This document shows positions 37,758 to 50,837 of a stretch of DNA of 64,000 nt, in pieces (the first letter of the stretch is position 1; each line of letters opens with the position of its first letter). The notes beneath the pieces were generated by a model that was not told where the DNA came from, searched no databases, and saw only the letters and a list, made by a program, of their open reading frames with translations. The translations under genes and the position numbers were made by a program. The stretch is from Octopus vulgaris (lineage: Eukaryota), in NCBI GenBank assembly GCA_951406725.2, contig OX597815.1:214520001-214584000 (forward strand), in the 5' to 3' direction.

Positions 37758-37868
37758 TAAATCCTTAAAATCCTTAAAAATGTTTTACCCCGAAGGCCGC
37801 GGCCATGCTGGGGCACCACCTTATATATATATAAGATATATATATAAGATATATATATATATATAAGA

Positions 37869-38285
37869 TAAGGAAATAATCTTATTCTGAAACGTAAGAT
37901 AATGCTAATAATATAGCCTGAAGAAGTTAAACTATCTATATTTTACAGAAAAATCTGTCGTCGGCCAGCAATGAGACTCGAACTCACATCCCTGTGATTA
38001 CACGTCAAGAGCTTTCAAACTTTTTTCGTTTACTTTCAACGTGAGTTAAATTTAACGCACAATAGCGTCTTGTAAAGCTAGAATTATATATCCTAAAATT
38101 CCAGAATTTGTCGCTGGACAGTTTAACTTAATGGTAAAGCACATGACGCGTAATCACAGGGATGGGAGTTCGAATCTGATGGCTGGCCACCGACAGCTTT
38201 TTCTGTAAAATATGGATAGTTTATTCTTTTCAAGCTGCATTATTAGCATTATCCAGCATTTGAGAATAAAATGACTTCCTTTTCT
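37869..38285. repeat. diverged inverted repeat whose arms carry outward-facing tRNA-Thr-like units
   Basis: 37869-38016 is the diverged reverse complement of ~38135-38285; spacer ~100 bp. Confidence 0.75.
38116..38189 (+). pseudogene. tRNA-Thr(CGT)-like sequence (pseudo-tRNA or SINE head)
   Basis: Acceptor GGACAGT/GCTGGCC+A, D arm TAACTTAATGGTAAAGC, anticodon arm TGA-CGCGTAA-TCA (G at position 33), T loop GTTCGAAT, TTTTT at 38198-38202. Confidence 0.5.
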
Positions 38286-38394
38286 GTATCTTTCAATACA
38301 TCTCAACGCTTCTAAAGCCAACTTTGCTCAATTTAATATATATTTGGTATGCTGATGCAAACAAGAAAGATAAAACTTAAAATAGGGGTATATT

Positions 38395-39556
38395 CTTTAT
38401 CTTGTTTCAGTCATCTGACTGCGGCCATACTGGATCACCGCCTTTAGTCGAACAAATCGACCCCAGCACTTATTCTTTGTAAGCTTAGTACTTCTATCGG
38501 TCTTTTTTTGCCAAAACCGCTAATTTACGGGAATGTAAACACACCAGCATCGGTGTGTTTACGTTCCCGTAAACACCGGTCAAGCGATGGAGGTGGGGGG
38601 GGCAAACACATATAGCATATACATATGTGTGTGTGTATATATATATATGTTTACGTATGTATACATATATATATATATATATATATGACGGGCTTCTTTC
38701 AGTTTCCGTCTACTAAATCCACTCTCAAATCTTTGTGGGACCGAACCCGGAACCATGTGGCAGGGAAGCAAGCTTCTTACCACACAGCCACTCCTGCGGC
38801 TATCTATATTTTTCTTAATTTTTAGCAGAAGTAACAGAGTGACACGAGATCCGAGATTTTCCTACATTGGCACTTAACGAACGAAACTCATGGACCTTTA
38901 GTCACTCTATTATTTCTGCTAAATATTAATTAAAATGTGTGTGTGTGTGTGTGTGTGTGTTAGTCCCCCACCACCGCTTGACAACGTCCCAATAACTTAG
39001 CGGTTCGGCAAAAGAGACCGATATATTAAGTACTATTCTGTTCTATATACCATATCCGTCCAATGTAAATAATGTAAATAATGTACAGAATAAGTACTAA
39101 GCTTAAAATAACTGAAGTCCTGGGATCGGTTTGTTCGACCCAAAACCTTTCAAAACGGTGCCCTAGAATGTCCCCAATCAAATGACCTAAACAAATAAAA
39201 AGATAAAAATTAGCATATTATTAAGTGCCAATATAGATAGGTGCAGGCGTGGCCGTGCGGTCGAAAGCTTGCTTCCCAACTCCCATTGTTCCGGAATCAG
39301 TCCCACTGCGTGGCACCTTGGGTAAGTGTCTTCTGTTATAGCTCCGAGCCGACCAAAGATTTGTGAGTGGATTTGGTAAACGGAAACTGAAAGAAGCCCA
39401 TTGCGTTTATGTGTGTGTGTGTGCGCGCGCGTGTGTGTGTCCTCACTATCGCTTGACAACCGGTGCTGGTGTGTTTACGTTCATGTAACTTATCGGTTCG
39501 AAAAGGCGGTGTCCCAGCGTGGCCACAGTCTAATGACTGAAACAAGTAATTTACAT

Positions 39557-39611
<55 letters not shown>

Positions 39612-40110
39612 ATAGGTGGTAAGAAGCTTACTTCCCAACCAACTTCAATCCCATATATGTATGTGTATGTATGTGTGTATTTGTGTATGTATGTGTGTAT
39701 GTGTGTATGTATGTGTGTCTTTGTGTCGGTATTTGTAGCCCACAACTGGTGTTGGTGTGTTTAAGTCCCCGTAACTTAGCGATTCGGCAAAAGGGACCGG
39801 TAGGTTTCTAAAAAAATGTCCTGGGGTCGATTTGTTCGACTAAAACTCAAGGCGGTGCCCCAGCATGGCCGCAGTCAAATGATTGAAACAAGTAAAAGAG
39901 ATAATGTACACACACACACCCACACATATATCAATATATATTATACATATATATAATATATATAAAGCACACATTATATACATACATGCATGCATGCATA
40001 CATACATACTTAGCTTTAGACGGTTGGAGGTCACAGTAAGCGATACATGCCCAAGGTATCACGCAGTGGGATTGAACCCATGACTACGTGATTGGGAAGC
40101 AAGCTTATCA
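38395..40110. mobile_element. dense cluster of SINE family C copies (~38395-38800 -, 38940-39205 +, 39240-39550 +, 39615-39900 +, 40010-40110 -)
   Basis: Repeated AAGCTTGCTTCCCAAC, GGCACCTTGGG(C/T)AAGTGTCTTC and AACTTAGCGGTTCGGCAAAAGAGACCG blocks. Confidence 0.85.
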
Positions 40111-41271
40111 ATCGCTGGAATTGAAAATCACATAAGTACTAATAGTAGAATCCAAGCGACTCGAAAACTAATTAATTTGCCTCTGTCTGTCGTATTGTAA
40201 AAGGGACCAGAACCCAAGGATGGCCTGAAAATGTATCGAATCCCATGGGAGGGAATTATTCTAAAGAGGTAAACTTAAGGCCACCACCTCTTCTGTGAGT
40301 GTCTTTATTAGAGTCTGCTCATAACATTTAGAGAAATAACAATTCATCTAACATAAGAAGCGAAACACTATCCATCAATACTTCGGAGTATCCAGGTATC
40401 TAAAAAGCAAAATCGAAGCGAGCGGTCGTTGAAAACCGACCAGTTTTTAGAAACGACAAAAAAAAAAAGCAAAAAAATATTTATAGTTGAAAGAATCGAT
40501 CTATCTCAGGCAGATAGAAGGGAAAGTCATCTTTGCTTAGATTTGAACTCGGAACAGCAAACGAAAGTTTATAAATACGCATGACTCCATCAAGGTTGTA
40601 TCGTATAGTTTTGAGTGTGTGGTGTGTTGAAGTTTTGCTACCTGTACAGAATATAGTTAGTGTAGTAAAAACAGTAAAATGTTGATATGCAACGCAACAG
40701 TTTAGTGCATTGCTGTAAAATTCTATCAATGTGCAATAGTCAATATATGTAGTCTCAGTGTTAAACACACTATACAGACAACGGCCACTCGTCGTTCTGA
40801 CGAAATTTGCTATGTAACTGCGTATTAGAGTTTTTAAAATAAAACTGGCACTGGTGTTTCGTGCTGCAGCTAGTCATTTGCAATGCTAGGAAGTGTTCTT
40901 TAAAGTCTGAAATTTAGCTAGTGTGGAGTGTCTCTGTTTTCTTTTCGGTTGATATCAAACGAGTTAAGTTCTGTAGAGATGGATTGCAAAGGTCATGATG
41001 CAACGACTGCGCCGGTACTCCAGACCTTCCATCACATGCAGACAATAATTCGAAGAAAGCTAAATGACAGATACAAACGTCTACCCGACACGGTTACTAT
41101 TACTATCGACACCACGTACAACAACAACAATGGCAAAAAGATTAAGTCACACGAATTAAAACATCAAGTAAAGCATGGATGTCATCATAGTCGAAAAGAG
41201 TTGACAAAAACAAAAATAACAATAACGTCAAGGTATCGAAAGGTGTTACCAAAAGGTATAAGAAAACAGCA

Positions 41272-41322
<51 letters not shown>

Positions 41323-41699
41323 AGAGAGAGAGACCCTACAGCAGTCGTGCTTCCTTTTCGCAAAGGAGTTACTAAGTCTTGACACAAACAACCACCATTC
41401 ATCCACCCATTTTGACTCTGCTACCCCTGTCTATAGTTCATAAATACTGCATTTGGATACGTCTATTATTCTCTCTCCCACTTCCAGATATACTGCACAC
41501 ACACACACACACACGCACACACACACATATTGCATATACCCGTGTTTATAGAAACGCAATCATTTGTTTGTCTTTCACGAGAACCTGTATAATCCCTGTT
41601 TCCTTACAGACGAAGTACAAGCTCGCACACGCACCCACCTATGCAATGTGCGTACATGAAGACAAATAGATATTCATATCCATATATCTATTATAAGCC

Positions 41700-43016
41700 A
41701 TCGATTTGTAACGGCCAGACCAAGCCAACACAACTCATCCGGCCACAAACGTCCACCTCTAGATTCGCGGACACTTCGTTAGTCCCAAACAGCTTTGCTG
41801 CTGTCATAGACACCCGTATTCCCACCAAAGTCATCTGCCGACCGACTCTTCCCTTTCGTCGCTTGGATCTTACTAAACAAAAACATAACCTTTGAGTTCT
41901 CCTACTTTTCCGTATTCGTTGTCTTCAATTCCCTGTATTCCGTTGTCTTCCAATTGAGGCGAAAGGTAACAATCTAAACCCCGAAGATCCGAAAGAGAGA
42001 GAGAAGAAGAAAAGAAGAGCAAAACAGGGTAAATAGAAAAGACAGAGGTGTCGGACGCGACAGAAAGAGAGAGAGAGAGAGAGAAAAGCAAGAGAAAACG
42101 TGTGTAAGTGTGTGAAAGGAAAATAACTAAAGCTCTGTGGAAAGCGCACTTTTTGTGACTTAATGAGAGAGAGATAAAGATACAATCAGCCAGAAAGAGT
42201 CTCTCTTTTTTTACTCTCTCATTCACACAAATAGAAAAAAAAGAAAAAAACTGAACGGGAGTAAAAACAAAACGGAAAGAGAGGAAGAGTTGGAAAGAGT
42301 AAATGTTATGTGTGGGGGAATTAGAGACATATGGTAACTGACAGATTGGATTTAAGTGCATCAGAGAGAGGGAGATAGATTGTGTATGTGTGTGCAGAAG
42401 AGTGACAGAGAGAGAGAAAGAGTGACAGAGAGAGAGAGAGAGAGAGCCAGAGACGTTAAGCTAAGCTGACTGCAGAGCTAAGCGCGTCAAAGCGATAAGA
42501 CAGTGAAAGAGGAGGCTGATGAGTGACAGGGGGAGAGAGAGAAAGTGTAGAAAAGCGAAAAGAGATATATAAATATATGTATAGATATATACACACGCAA
42601 ACATATAGACTAAGTGACGGAGGAGTTAAAGCAGGTCGGGAAAAGAAAGCTAGATGGAAATTAATAGACAGAGAGTGAGCGAATAGAAAAGTGAAAAGAG
42701 TGAGAGAGAAGGCGAGAGAGAGAGAGAGAGAGAGAGAGGTGGTAAGTAAAAGTGACCGAAAGAGAGAAAGCGTACAAGAGTGACAGATAGAGAGAGAGAG
42801 AGAGAGAGGGAGTGATAGAGAGAGAAAGACAAAGGCTTAGTGGGAGAGTTGTATACGTCAGATAGATTGAGAGTAGGAAGGAGCGTCGAATAGGTCGGCC
42901 AACATTGGACTATGCTGCTATCAAATCGAGCCAGTTTACCGCTATTGAAGCCGGTGAACCTGCAGTGTATTGTAAAACACGTTTAAAAGCATGTTGGATG
43001 TACCAGATTTACTCGA
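41700..43016 (+). promoter_or_regulatory. putative promoter/5' UTR region (CpG-retaining unique sequence plus long GA-rich tracts)
   Basis: Free of recognisable TEs, visibly more CpG at 41700-41990 and 42880-43016, directly upstream of the candidate ATG; inference only. Confidence 0.35.
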
Positions 43017-43098
43017 ATGTCAGCAGTTTTTACCGGCATGGGACCAGCTAACAACTATGGCCACATTTTATTCTTACTTCTAACATGCATATTGAACG
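43017..43098 (+). CDS. candidate first coding exon of a secreted or membrane protein (signal peptide)
   Basis: MSAVFTGMGPANNYGHILFLLLTCILN(G), hydrophobic core ILFLLLTCIL, followed by donor G|GTAGGT (phase 1); in-frame upstream stop at 42984. Confidence 0.5.
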
Positions 43099-44243
43099 GT
43101 AGGTGTCCGAACTCTCTTTTTTGCCATTTTCCAACCTCTTCTCTTTTCTTCTTCTTTCTCTCTCTCTCTCTCTGCCTCACACAGACACTATTTTGCACTT
43201 GACTCCCTTTTCCAGCTTGTTGTTATCATCGCTTCTGTTGCTATTGTTTTTGTTTTTTTACTTTAGGGTCTCGCTCAACACTTTCGGTTTTCTCATTACT
43301 TACTCCACCACCCCTTTCCGTGACATCTCCTTGGACTGTACTGTTTACATACACACGCACACACACACACACATACACACACACACACACATACATACAA
43401 ACATGCATGCATTCACACAGGTATTGATTTTGTGTGGCTGCATTGATAAACATTGATCAAAACAACAATTATATATAATGACTTCGAAACATTGTACCCT
43501 TATAATATAGCAGACAGTGCTATATTGGTGTAATAGAGTCAGGTTTTTATCGCTACTCTCTATCTTTACTCTTTCTCATGTGGTCTGAGGTACAAATTAA
43601 TACCAGCCATTCCATACGTTCATCCATTCGATCAGCCGATTACCTATCAGTGTTTAGCTTCGTTTACACCCCATGCGGATATTTTACCCCACTCACACAC
43701 ACACACACACACGCACAGTAAATACAACAGTTATATGAAGATCTTTCAATAATTATGATCTTGTGTTCATCGATATATGGCACACACACACAAACACAGA
43801 AAATCAGTTGCGAAGTATTTCTGTAAATATTTTTCTATTAACTGACCACCGAGACAATTTTCATCGAGTGGTCACATGTAACCTTAACAGAAGCAGTCGT
43901 TCTAATATAGATCTCAAAAAGAGAGAGAGAGAAAAGAAACTGACCACGCTAAACCTCTATTTGTGCAATGTATATGTATTTAAGATGTAATCTCTTTAAA
44001 AGTAGCCACTGTTAATCTGAATTAAATGTTCACCGACCCAAGGTGGTCTCCTCGAACTAATCTATTTCTGCTAAAACGATAATTTAATTTTGTGTGTGTG
44101 TACGCGCGCATTGTGTCTGAAAAACTAAGGAGTTTCACTTTGCTTCAAACCTACCCAGCAATTGTGTGTGTGTGTGTGTGTGTGTGAATTGCAAAGAAAG
44201 AACGAAAACATTTTTATATTTGGTGCCAATCGTATTTCTTCAG

Positions 44244-44335
44244 GTGGGAATTGGTCGAGCGCGGAATATTCCCCTGATTCCAAAGCATCTTCCGCTGTTT
44301 TGGCTGCATCTGTCGCTATGTCTGTCCGTTTGTTT
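44244..44335 (+). CDS. candidate second coding exon
   Basis: Acceptor TATTTCTTCAG|; phase-1 join continues open as GGNWSSAEYSPDSKASSAVLAASVAMSVRLF; possible signal cleavage SSA-EY; donor GTTAGT at 44336 (3' end uncertain). Confidence 0.42.
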
Positions 44336-45906
44336 GTTAGTCTATCTATTTTTCTTCTTATTTCTTTATTTTATTTATTTCTTTATTGTATTTTGTCACT
44401 TCCATCCCTATCTTTTGTTTCTGATTGTATTATATATATATATATATGTATATATATTAACGTAGCTTTGCTGTCTTATCAGTATTTTCATCAGACAGTT
44501 CGATTTCATTCCATTCTCTAAACTAAGCTTGCAAAATACTGTCATTTTTTTCCTGCCTCTTCGGAACGTGTCCGGAGATTCGATGGTCTTTCTTTACACT
44601 GTCAAATCGTGTGTGTGTGTGTATTTTACGTGTTGCGTGCATGCGGAGAAAACAACACACGTGTCTTGGTGTGTTTGCTTGTATGAGCGAGAGAAAAAGG
44701 GAAAAAAGAAACAAATTCACATGTCTGCGTATAAGTGTCGTTTTTTCTGCTATTTAGAGAGACAGACACACACAGATAAAGAGAGAGAGAAACAGAGACT
44801 TGTACCGAAGTCCTTTGGCTTCCCTGCAGTTTTCAGTCCCTCACACATACTATCTCACACTCAAACAATTATACATAGAAATGTACAAACTGCCACAGAG
44901 GTAGACAAACACACATACACAGCTCATAGAGGTTTCTAATAATCTCACGCACTAGGACTCGTGTGTGTATGTGTGTGTGGTTTTCTTTTAAATCTGCACA
45001 CACACACATGCATACGTGACTATGCGTATGTGTGCATACACATGCATACTTGAGTATGCGTATGTGTGTGTGTGTATGTGTGTGTGATGAACTGAGGTTC
45101 TCATATAAACACACAAGTATCCTTGTAGCATGTATATACACATAAACCACTGGTTCGTACGACTTGATTTCTGTTTTCTTTCCCTTATACACACACACGC
45201 ACACGATGTGAAACGTGTGTGTGTGCGTAATACCCAATATCCGTCGTCTGTTTCTGGTGTCCTCACTATCTTCCCGTTGCCCTCACACCATTGAGGTCTG
45301 ATCATTCACTCACATACGCAGATATTTCAACCAAATAAAATTAGATATCGTGTTTGTTACATACATAGATAAATAGGTATATGTATTCTTTCAGTTCACT
45401 TGTAATCAATAAAATAGCTGCCTGTAGTTTAGCCTCAGGTCAGCTGTGACCAAGCAAGGCCTGTGATCAAAGCAATCAAGCCATGGACGTTCCATCTTAG
45501 ATTCGGTCTGAATATCTTCGATAACATTTTCTGCTGTCTTTTTTAAGATCTTAAAGTGCAGTTTGAGGGGATGTACTAACTCTTTCAGTAGTTCTCGCGA
45601 CCACACAGGGCCAGTCGTTTAAGCCGAAGTGTACTTTGATTAAGCGGACCTATGAGATGGTTACGGTTGACATTCCAACCGTGACCATCCCATCTTTTTA
45701 AGAGTATCTCTAAGCGTTACCCAGTGTGTCCTTTCCCTATTTGATACGGCAGGAGCGTGATTTGAAGGAGATTTAGCTGCTACTTCTAGCTACTCCGATG
45801 GTCACAAAAATGCTTCTTCAGTGGGGCTTATATTATACTTATGATCCAATTATATTTGCTACCCGTGCACAAATCGTGCTAAAAATCTTACAACCTTACA
45901 CACACG

Positions 45907-45939
<33 letters not shown>

Positions 45940-46474
45940 AAACCCACCCACAAAACCTACCAACGAACCCCACCCCATACACACAAATACACACACACAC
46001 ATCTTTCAGAATTAAGTGCCCGAACAATGAAACATTCTCTTTTTTATTTTATTAATTTTTTCCATTTTATTTTCCCTTTTTCTGTCTGAAACTTTAAGTA
46101 ATGTATTTGTGTGTGTGTGTGTGTGTATGTGAGGGAGACAAGAGCAGCCAGAGATTTTGACTATCCGCTTAAACTCTGCACGGAAGCCAGTAATAAATAG
46201 GCGCTGGTCCATACAAACACGGGGTGCGGATGGGGTGGGGTCTGTTAAAACATATTTGAAAGCAGTAGCGAACCAAGTGATTCCTGGTTCAATTCCATTG
46301 ACTGGGCCCCCAACTATGACAATTATCAAATTCTTGTTTCCGACAACTTGCAAAGAGGAAACATCATACAAGTTGTCGGTAACCATTGAAATAAAGCTTA
46401 TAAAACTGCCATCATACACACTGGATAGTTTCTTTTTTATTCACACAGATGGTTTCCCCGTAATACACACACAC

Positions 46475-46507
<33 letters not shown>

Positions 46508-46814
46508 TACACACTTTAAATGAAAAAAATGTATGGTAAATAAACAAATGACAATGTATAGTGAGTGTGCAACGGGACGGGTGACAGACACAGAAGGTCC
46601 CTAATTCTTCATCAGTTATCAACCAATTGGTAATTCTCAGTTTCGCACGTGGGAGAGGAATGTTATTAGTTCGTAATTTGTATGTATAGCATACAGGTGT
46701 TACTGAGTTCTGTCCCAGAGCATGGCTTCATGGGCAGGTGTCTTCCATCAGAGTTCTTAAACAACCAGAACTTCGTGAGAACAATTCGGAATATAGAAAT
46801 TATGCGAAGACCCA

Positions 46815-47112
46815 TCTATGTATGTATGTATGTATGTATGTATGTACGTACGTACGTATGTATGTATGTATGTATGTATGTATCGATCGATCGATCGATC
46901 TATATATATCTATCTGTCTATCTCTCGATCTATCTCTCTATCTATCTATCTATCTATCTGTCTGTCTATCTATCTATATATCTATCTATCTATCTCTCTA
47001 TCTATCTATCTATCTCTCTATCTATCTCTCTATCTCTCTATCTCTCTATCTCTCTATCTATCTATCTCTCTATCTCTCTATCTATCTATATATCTATCTA
47101 TCTATCTCTCTA

Positions 47113-47148
<36 letters not shown>

Positions 47149-47198
47149 TCTCTCTATCTGTCTGTCTATCTATCTCTCTCTCTATCTATCTATATCTC

Positions 47199-47233
<35 letters not shown>

Positions 47234-47262
47234 GTCTATCTATCTATCTATCTATCTAGCTA
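46815..47262. repeat. (TATG)n/(TCTA)n tetranucleotide satellite
   Basis: Directly visible; source of the YLSI ORFs. Confidence 0.95.
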
Positions 47263-47486
47263 GCTAGATGTGTGTGTGCATAAACGCACATCCGTCTATC
47301 TCCATCTATCAATGTACCTTTCTGTTTGCGTATTTATCTGCCTGTCTGTCTATTTTCTTCTTTATCTGTGTGTATGTCTCTATCGATATCTCTATCGTTT
47401 GTCTGCCTATCAATCTCTCTAACCTCTCCTATATCTAGCTCTCTCTCTTTCTGCCTCCCTATCTATATTGTTGTCTATCAAAATTT

Positions 47487-47685
47487 AGGCGGCCAGCTCG
47501 CGGAACCTTTAATGCGTCGGAGAGAACGCTTAGCGGCATTTTTTCCGGCCCTTCACGTCCTGAGTTCAAATTCCGCTGACACAGCCTTGCTTTCATTGAT
47601 AGAATAAGTATCAGTCGAGCTCTGAGGTCAATGTAATCGACTGCCCATTCCCTTCAAAACTGCTGGCCTCGTGCCAAAATTAGAA
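47487..47685 (+). mobile_element. SINE family A (diverged)
   Basis: GGCGGCCAGCTCGCGGAACC...CCTGAGTTCAAATTCCGC...TGCTGGCCTCGTGCCAAAATT. Confidence 0.75.
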
Positions 47686-47701
47686 TACTTTTATCAGAAT
47701 T

Positions 47702-47762
<61 letters not shown>

Positions 47763-48054
47763 ATCGATCTATCGGTTTCCCTGTCAATTATTCTATCTAT
47801 ATGTCTGTCGCTCTATCTGCTTGTCCCTCTCTGTCGGCTTGTGTGCCTCTCTGCCTATATGTCTGCCGGTCTATCTTTATGGCTACCGGTCTATCTATGT
47901 CTGTCTACCAGTACCTCAGTCTATTGATCTGGCTGGCTATCTGTCATGCTCTTCCTTCCGTCTCTCAATTTCTCTCTGTCTATCTATCATTCTGTATATG
48001 TGTGTGCGTATTCATCTCCCCCTCTCTCTCTCATTTTATAGATAGATAGATAGA

Positions 48055-48442
48055 TGCAGGTATGGCTGTGTGGTTAGAAGTTTGCTTCCCAACCACATAG
48101 TTCCGGGTTCGGTTCCGTTGTGTGGCACCTTGGGCAAGTGTCGTCTACTATAAACCCAGGTCGACCAAAGCCTTATGAGTGGATTTAATAGACGGAAACT
48201 GAAAGAACGTCGTATATATATATCTATTTATGTGTGTGTGTGTTTTTGTCTTTGTCACACACACTACTGCTTCACAACCGGTGTTGGTGTGGTTACATCC
48301 CCGTAAAATAGCGGTTCGGCTAAAGAGACGGATAGAGTAAAAACCAGACTTAAAAATATACAAGCACTGGGTTCAATTCATTCGACTAAAAATTCATCAA
48401 AACAGTGCCCCAGCATGGCCGCAGTCTGGTGTTTAAAACAAA

Positions 48443-48445
<3 letters not shown>
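48055..48445 (+). mobile_element. SINE family C
   Basis: GCAGGTATGGCTGTGTGGTTAGAAGTTTGCTTCCCAACCAC...CCCCAGCATGGCCGCAGTC. Confidence 0.88.
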
Positions 48446-48480
<35 letters not shown>

Positions 48481-48609
48481 TTATATATGTGTGTGCGTAT
48501 GTGTGTGTGTATTTGCATATATATATATATGTGTGTAACGCATGAATATATATATATGTAGAGACTCCTATGTGTGTGTGTGTGTATATATATAGAGAGG
48601 GGGAGGGCG

Positions 48610-48635
<26 letters not shown>

Positions 48636-48640
<5 letters not shown>

Positions 48641-48960
48641 GGCGCGTGGCTTAGTGGTTAGGGCATTCGGCTCATGATTATAAGATCGTGAGTTCAATTC
48701 CCGGCGACGAGTTGTGTCCTTGAGCAAGACACTTTATTTCACGTTGCTCCAGTCCACTCAGCTGACAAAAATGAGTAGTACCTGTATTTCAAAGGGTCAG
48801 CCTTGTCACACTCTGTGTCACGCTGAATCTCCCTGAGAACTACGTTAGGGGTACACGTGTCTGTGGATTGCTCAGTCACTTATACGTTAATTTCATGAGC
48901 AGGCTGTTCCGTTGATCGTATCAGCTGGGATCCTCGTCATTGAAACCGATGGAGTGCTCC
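48636..48960 (+). mobile_element. SINE family B
   Basis: A box TGGCTTAGTGG, B box GAGTTCAATTCC, full body. Confidence 0.92.
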
Positions 48961-49276
48961 TTGAGAGTGAGAGAAAGAGAGAGAGAGAAGCATAGCTGTG
49001 TGGTGAGAAGCTTGCTTCCCAATCACATGGTTTTAGCTCCAGTCCCTCAACAGGAGATGAACAGTGGCAGTGATAGAAGTGAGAGGTACATCAGGCTGGC
49101 TCTGATGAGTGGGACAACAAAGGTGGTTGGAGCATTCGTGGTGGATATGGAAGCGTGTTGAGAATGATGGCAGATAGGTGGAGTATTAAAGATGAAGTAT
49201 AGCAGAGATAAGATATGTCCGAGAGTAGAAGAAGACATACACTGAAGGCAATTAAATGCCTCTTCTATTGCCAACA

Positions 49277-49760
49277 CATCATCATCATTTAACATCCATT
49301 TTCCATGCTGGCATGGATTGGATGGTTTGACTGGAGCTGGTAAACCAGAGAGCTGCAGTAGGCTCTGTTTTGGCTTGGTTTTTAAAGCTGGATGCCCTTC
49401 CTTATGCTAACCACTCCAAGAGTGTACTGGTTGCCTTTTATATGTCTCTAGCAATGGCCATTACCACGACTTCACTTAGCTTGATGGCTCTTCTCAAACA
49501 CAGCAAATCACCAGAAGTTTCAGTCACTTGTCATCACCTCAGTGAGACTCAAAAACCAACCATCATATTTGATTCCCTCATCCAATGCCTTACTGGGTCT
49601 ACCCGTTCCACAGTTTCCCTCCATAGTTAAAGATCAGCTCTTCTTTACACAGCTGTCCTTGTCCATGTGCATCACATGATCGTAGCAGCACAGTCTTCTC
49701 TCTTGCACCCGACAAATGATGTTTCTTATTTTCAAACATGATCTTATTTCACTTTTGACC
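49277..49760 (-). mobile_element. RTE-clade LINE 3' end with (ATG)n-type tail
   Basis: KSEIRSCLKIRNIICRVQERRLCCYDHVMHMDKDSCVKK..LTMEG.CGTGRP (RLRWFGHV.R...GRGRP motif); related 3' ends at ~51155-51300 and ~59398-59550. Confidence 0.75.
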
Positions 49761-49925
49761 AGAATTGTTTTCATGGAAGACTGATAATGCATGACACTGC
49801 TTATATGGTGGTAACTGACATCTATATTGCAGCAGCAGTAGCAGTAGTAGTAGTAGTGGTGGTGGTGGTAGTAGTAGTAGTAAAATCGACATTGAACACC
49901 CCTAGACATAAATTATGTCAGTTGA

Positions 49926-49973
<48 letters not shown>

Positions 49974-50545
49974 TTCAACCTAACCTAGATCTGCTGGTAA
50001 TGTGAATCCATAGGTAAAAGTTACTATATAATTACCTGAAATTATACCCTGTACTATTTCAAGTAATTGAAACTTGTAGCTTTGAAAGTTGTCTATGATT
50101 GAGCTGACGAAATTACAGGTGGTGAGTGTGGTTGGGCTTTGATCCTGAATGCAGATTGGTGCTATTCTGAATGAGAGAACAAACGAAGGAGTGACACTAT
50201 TCAAAGCATGTTATGAATGTGACGGAAACAAAACCAAACAAAACGATACATTGACCTGTAACATTACTTTCTATGGAATAGTAAGGAAGTTTGATTGCTG
50301 CATCTATTTTTGTATCAGCTTGATTAGATCTATACCTTTTATGTTTTACTTGATTCACCCATTGTGGCCATGTTGGGGCACCACCTTGAAGGGTTTTTAG
50401 TCAGACAAATCAACTCCAGTACTCATTTTAAAATCAGGTTCTTATTTTATCATTCATTTTTTTCAAACTGCTAAGTGAGGGTCAGAGAGTAAACAAGCCA
50501 GCTGCAGCTTTCATGTGGTGTGGGGACCAAATACATTCTGTAAAG

Positions 50546-50837
50546 CATTGGTTCCCAAACTTTTTGGGGCTGCTGCCTCCTTGGAACTCAGGCCACGTTC
50601 CTAACACCCCCACCACCATTTACCATCACAAACATAGACCTTTTTCTGCAGCAAATTTAAAACAACTGTATTTCACTAATAAAACAATAAAATTTAACCT
50701 AATTAACCCATGATTTTGTTGTTTTTACATCCATTGCCCTCTTAACCACCCTATTATCGCCCCACTTTTCTTCAACACCCCACTGAATTTTTCCACTGTC
50801 CCCAGCAGTGCAGTACTGCCCACTTTGGGATCCACTA
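50546..50837. mobile_element. hAT (Charlie-type) MITE
   Basis: CATTGGTTCCCAAA ... TTTGGGATCCACTA (degenerate CAGTGGTTCCCAAA TIRs); 8-bp flanks CTGTAAAG / TTTTAAAG. Confidence 0.7.

Noticed and set aside
46157-46519. 120-aa ORF as a host exon
   Set aside because: Contains a SINE-like GTGATTCCTGGTTCAATTCCA segment, runs into a microsatellite, and shows no clear splice signals or motifs.
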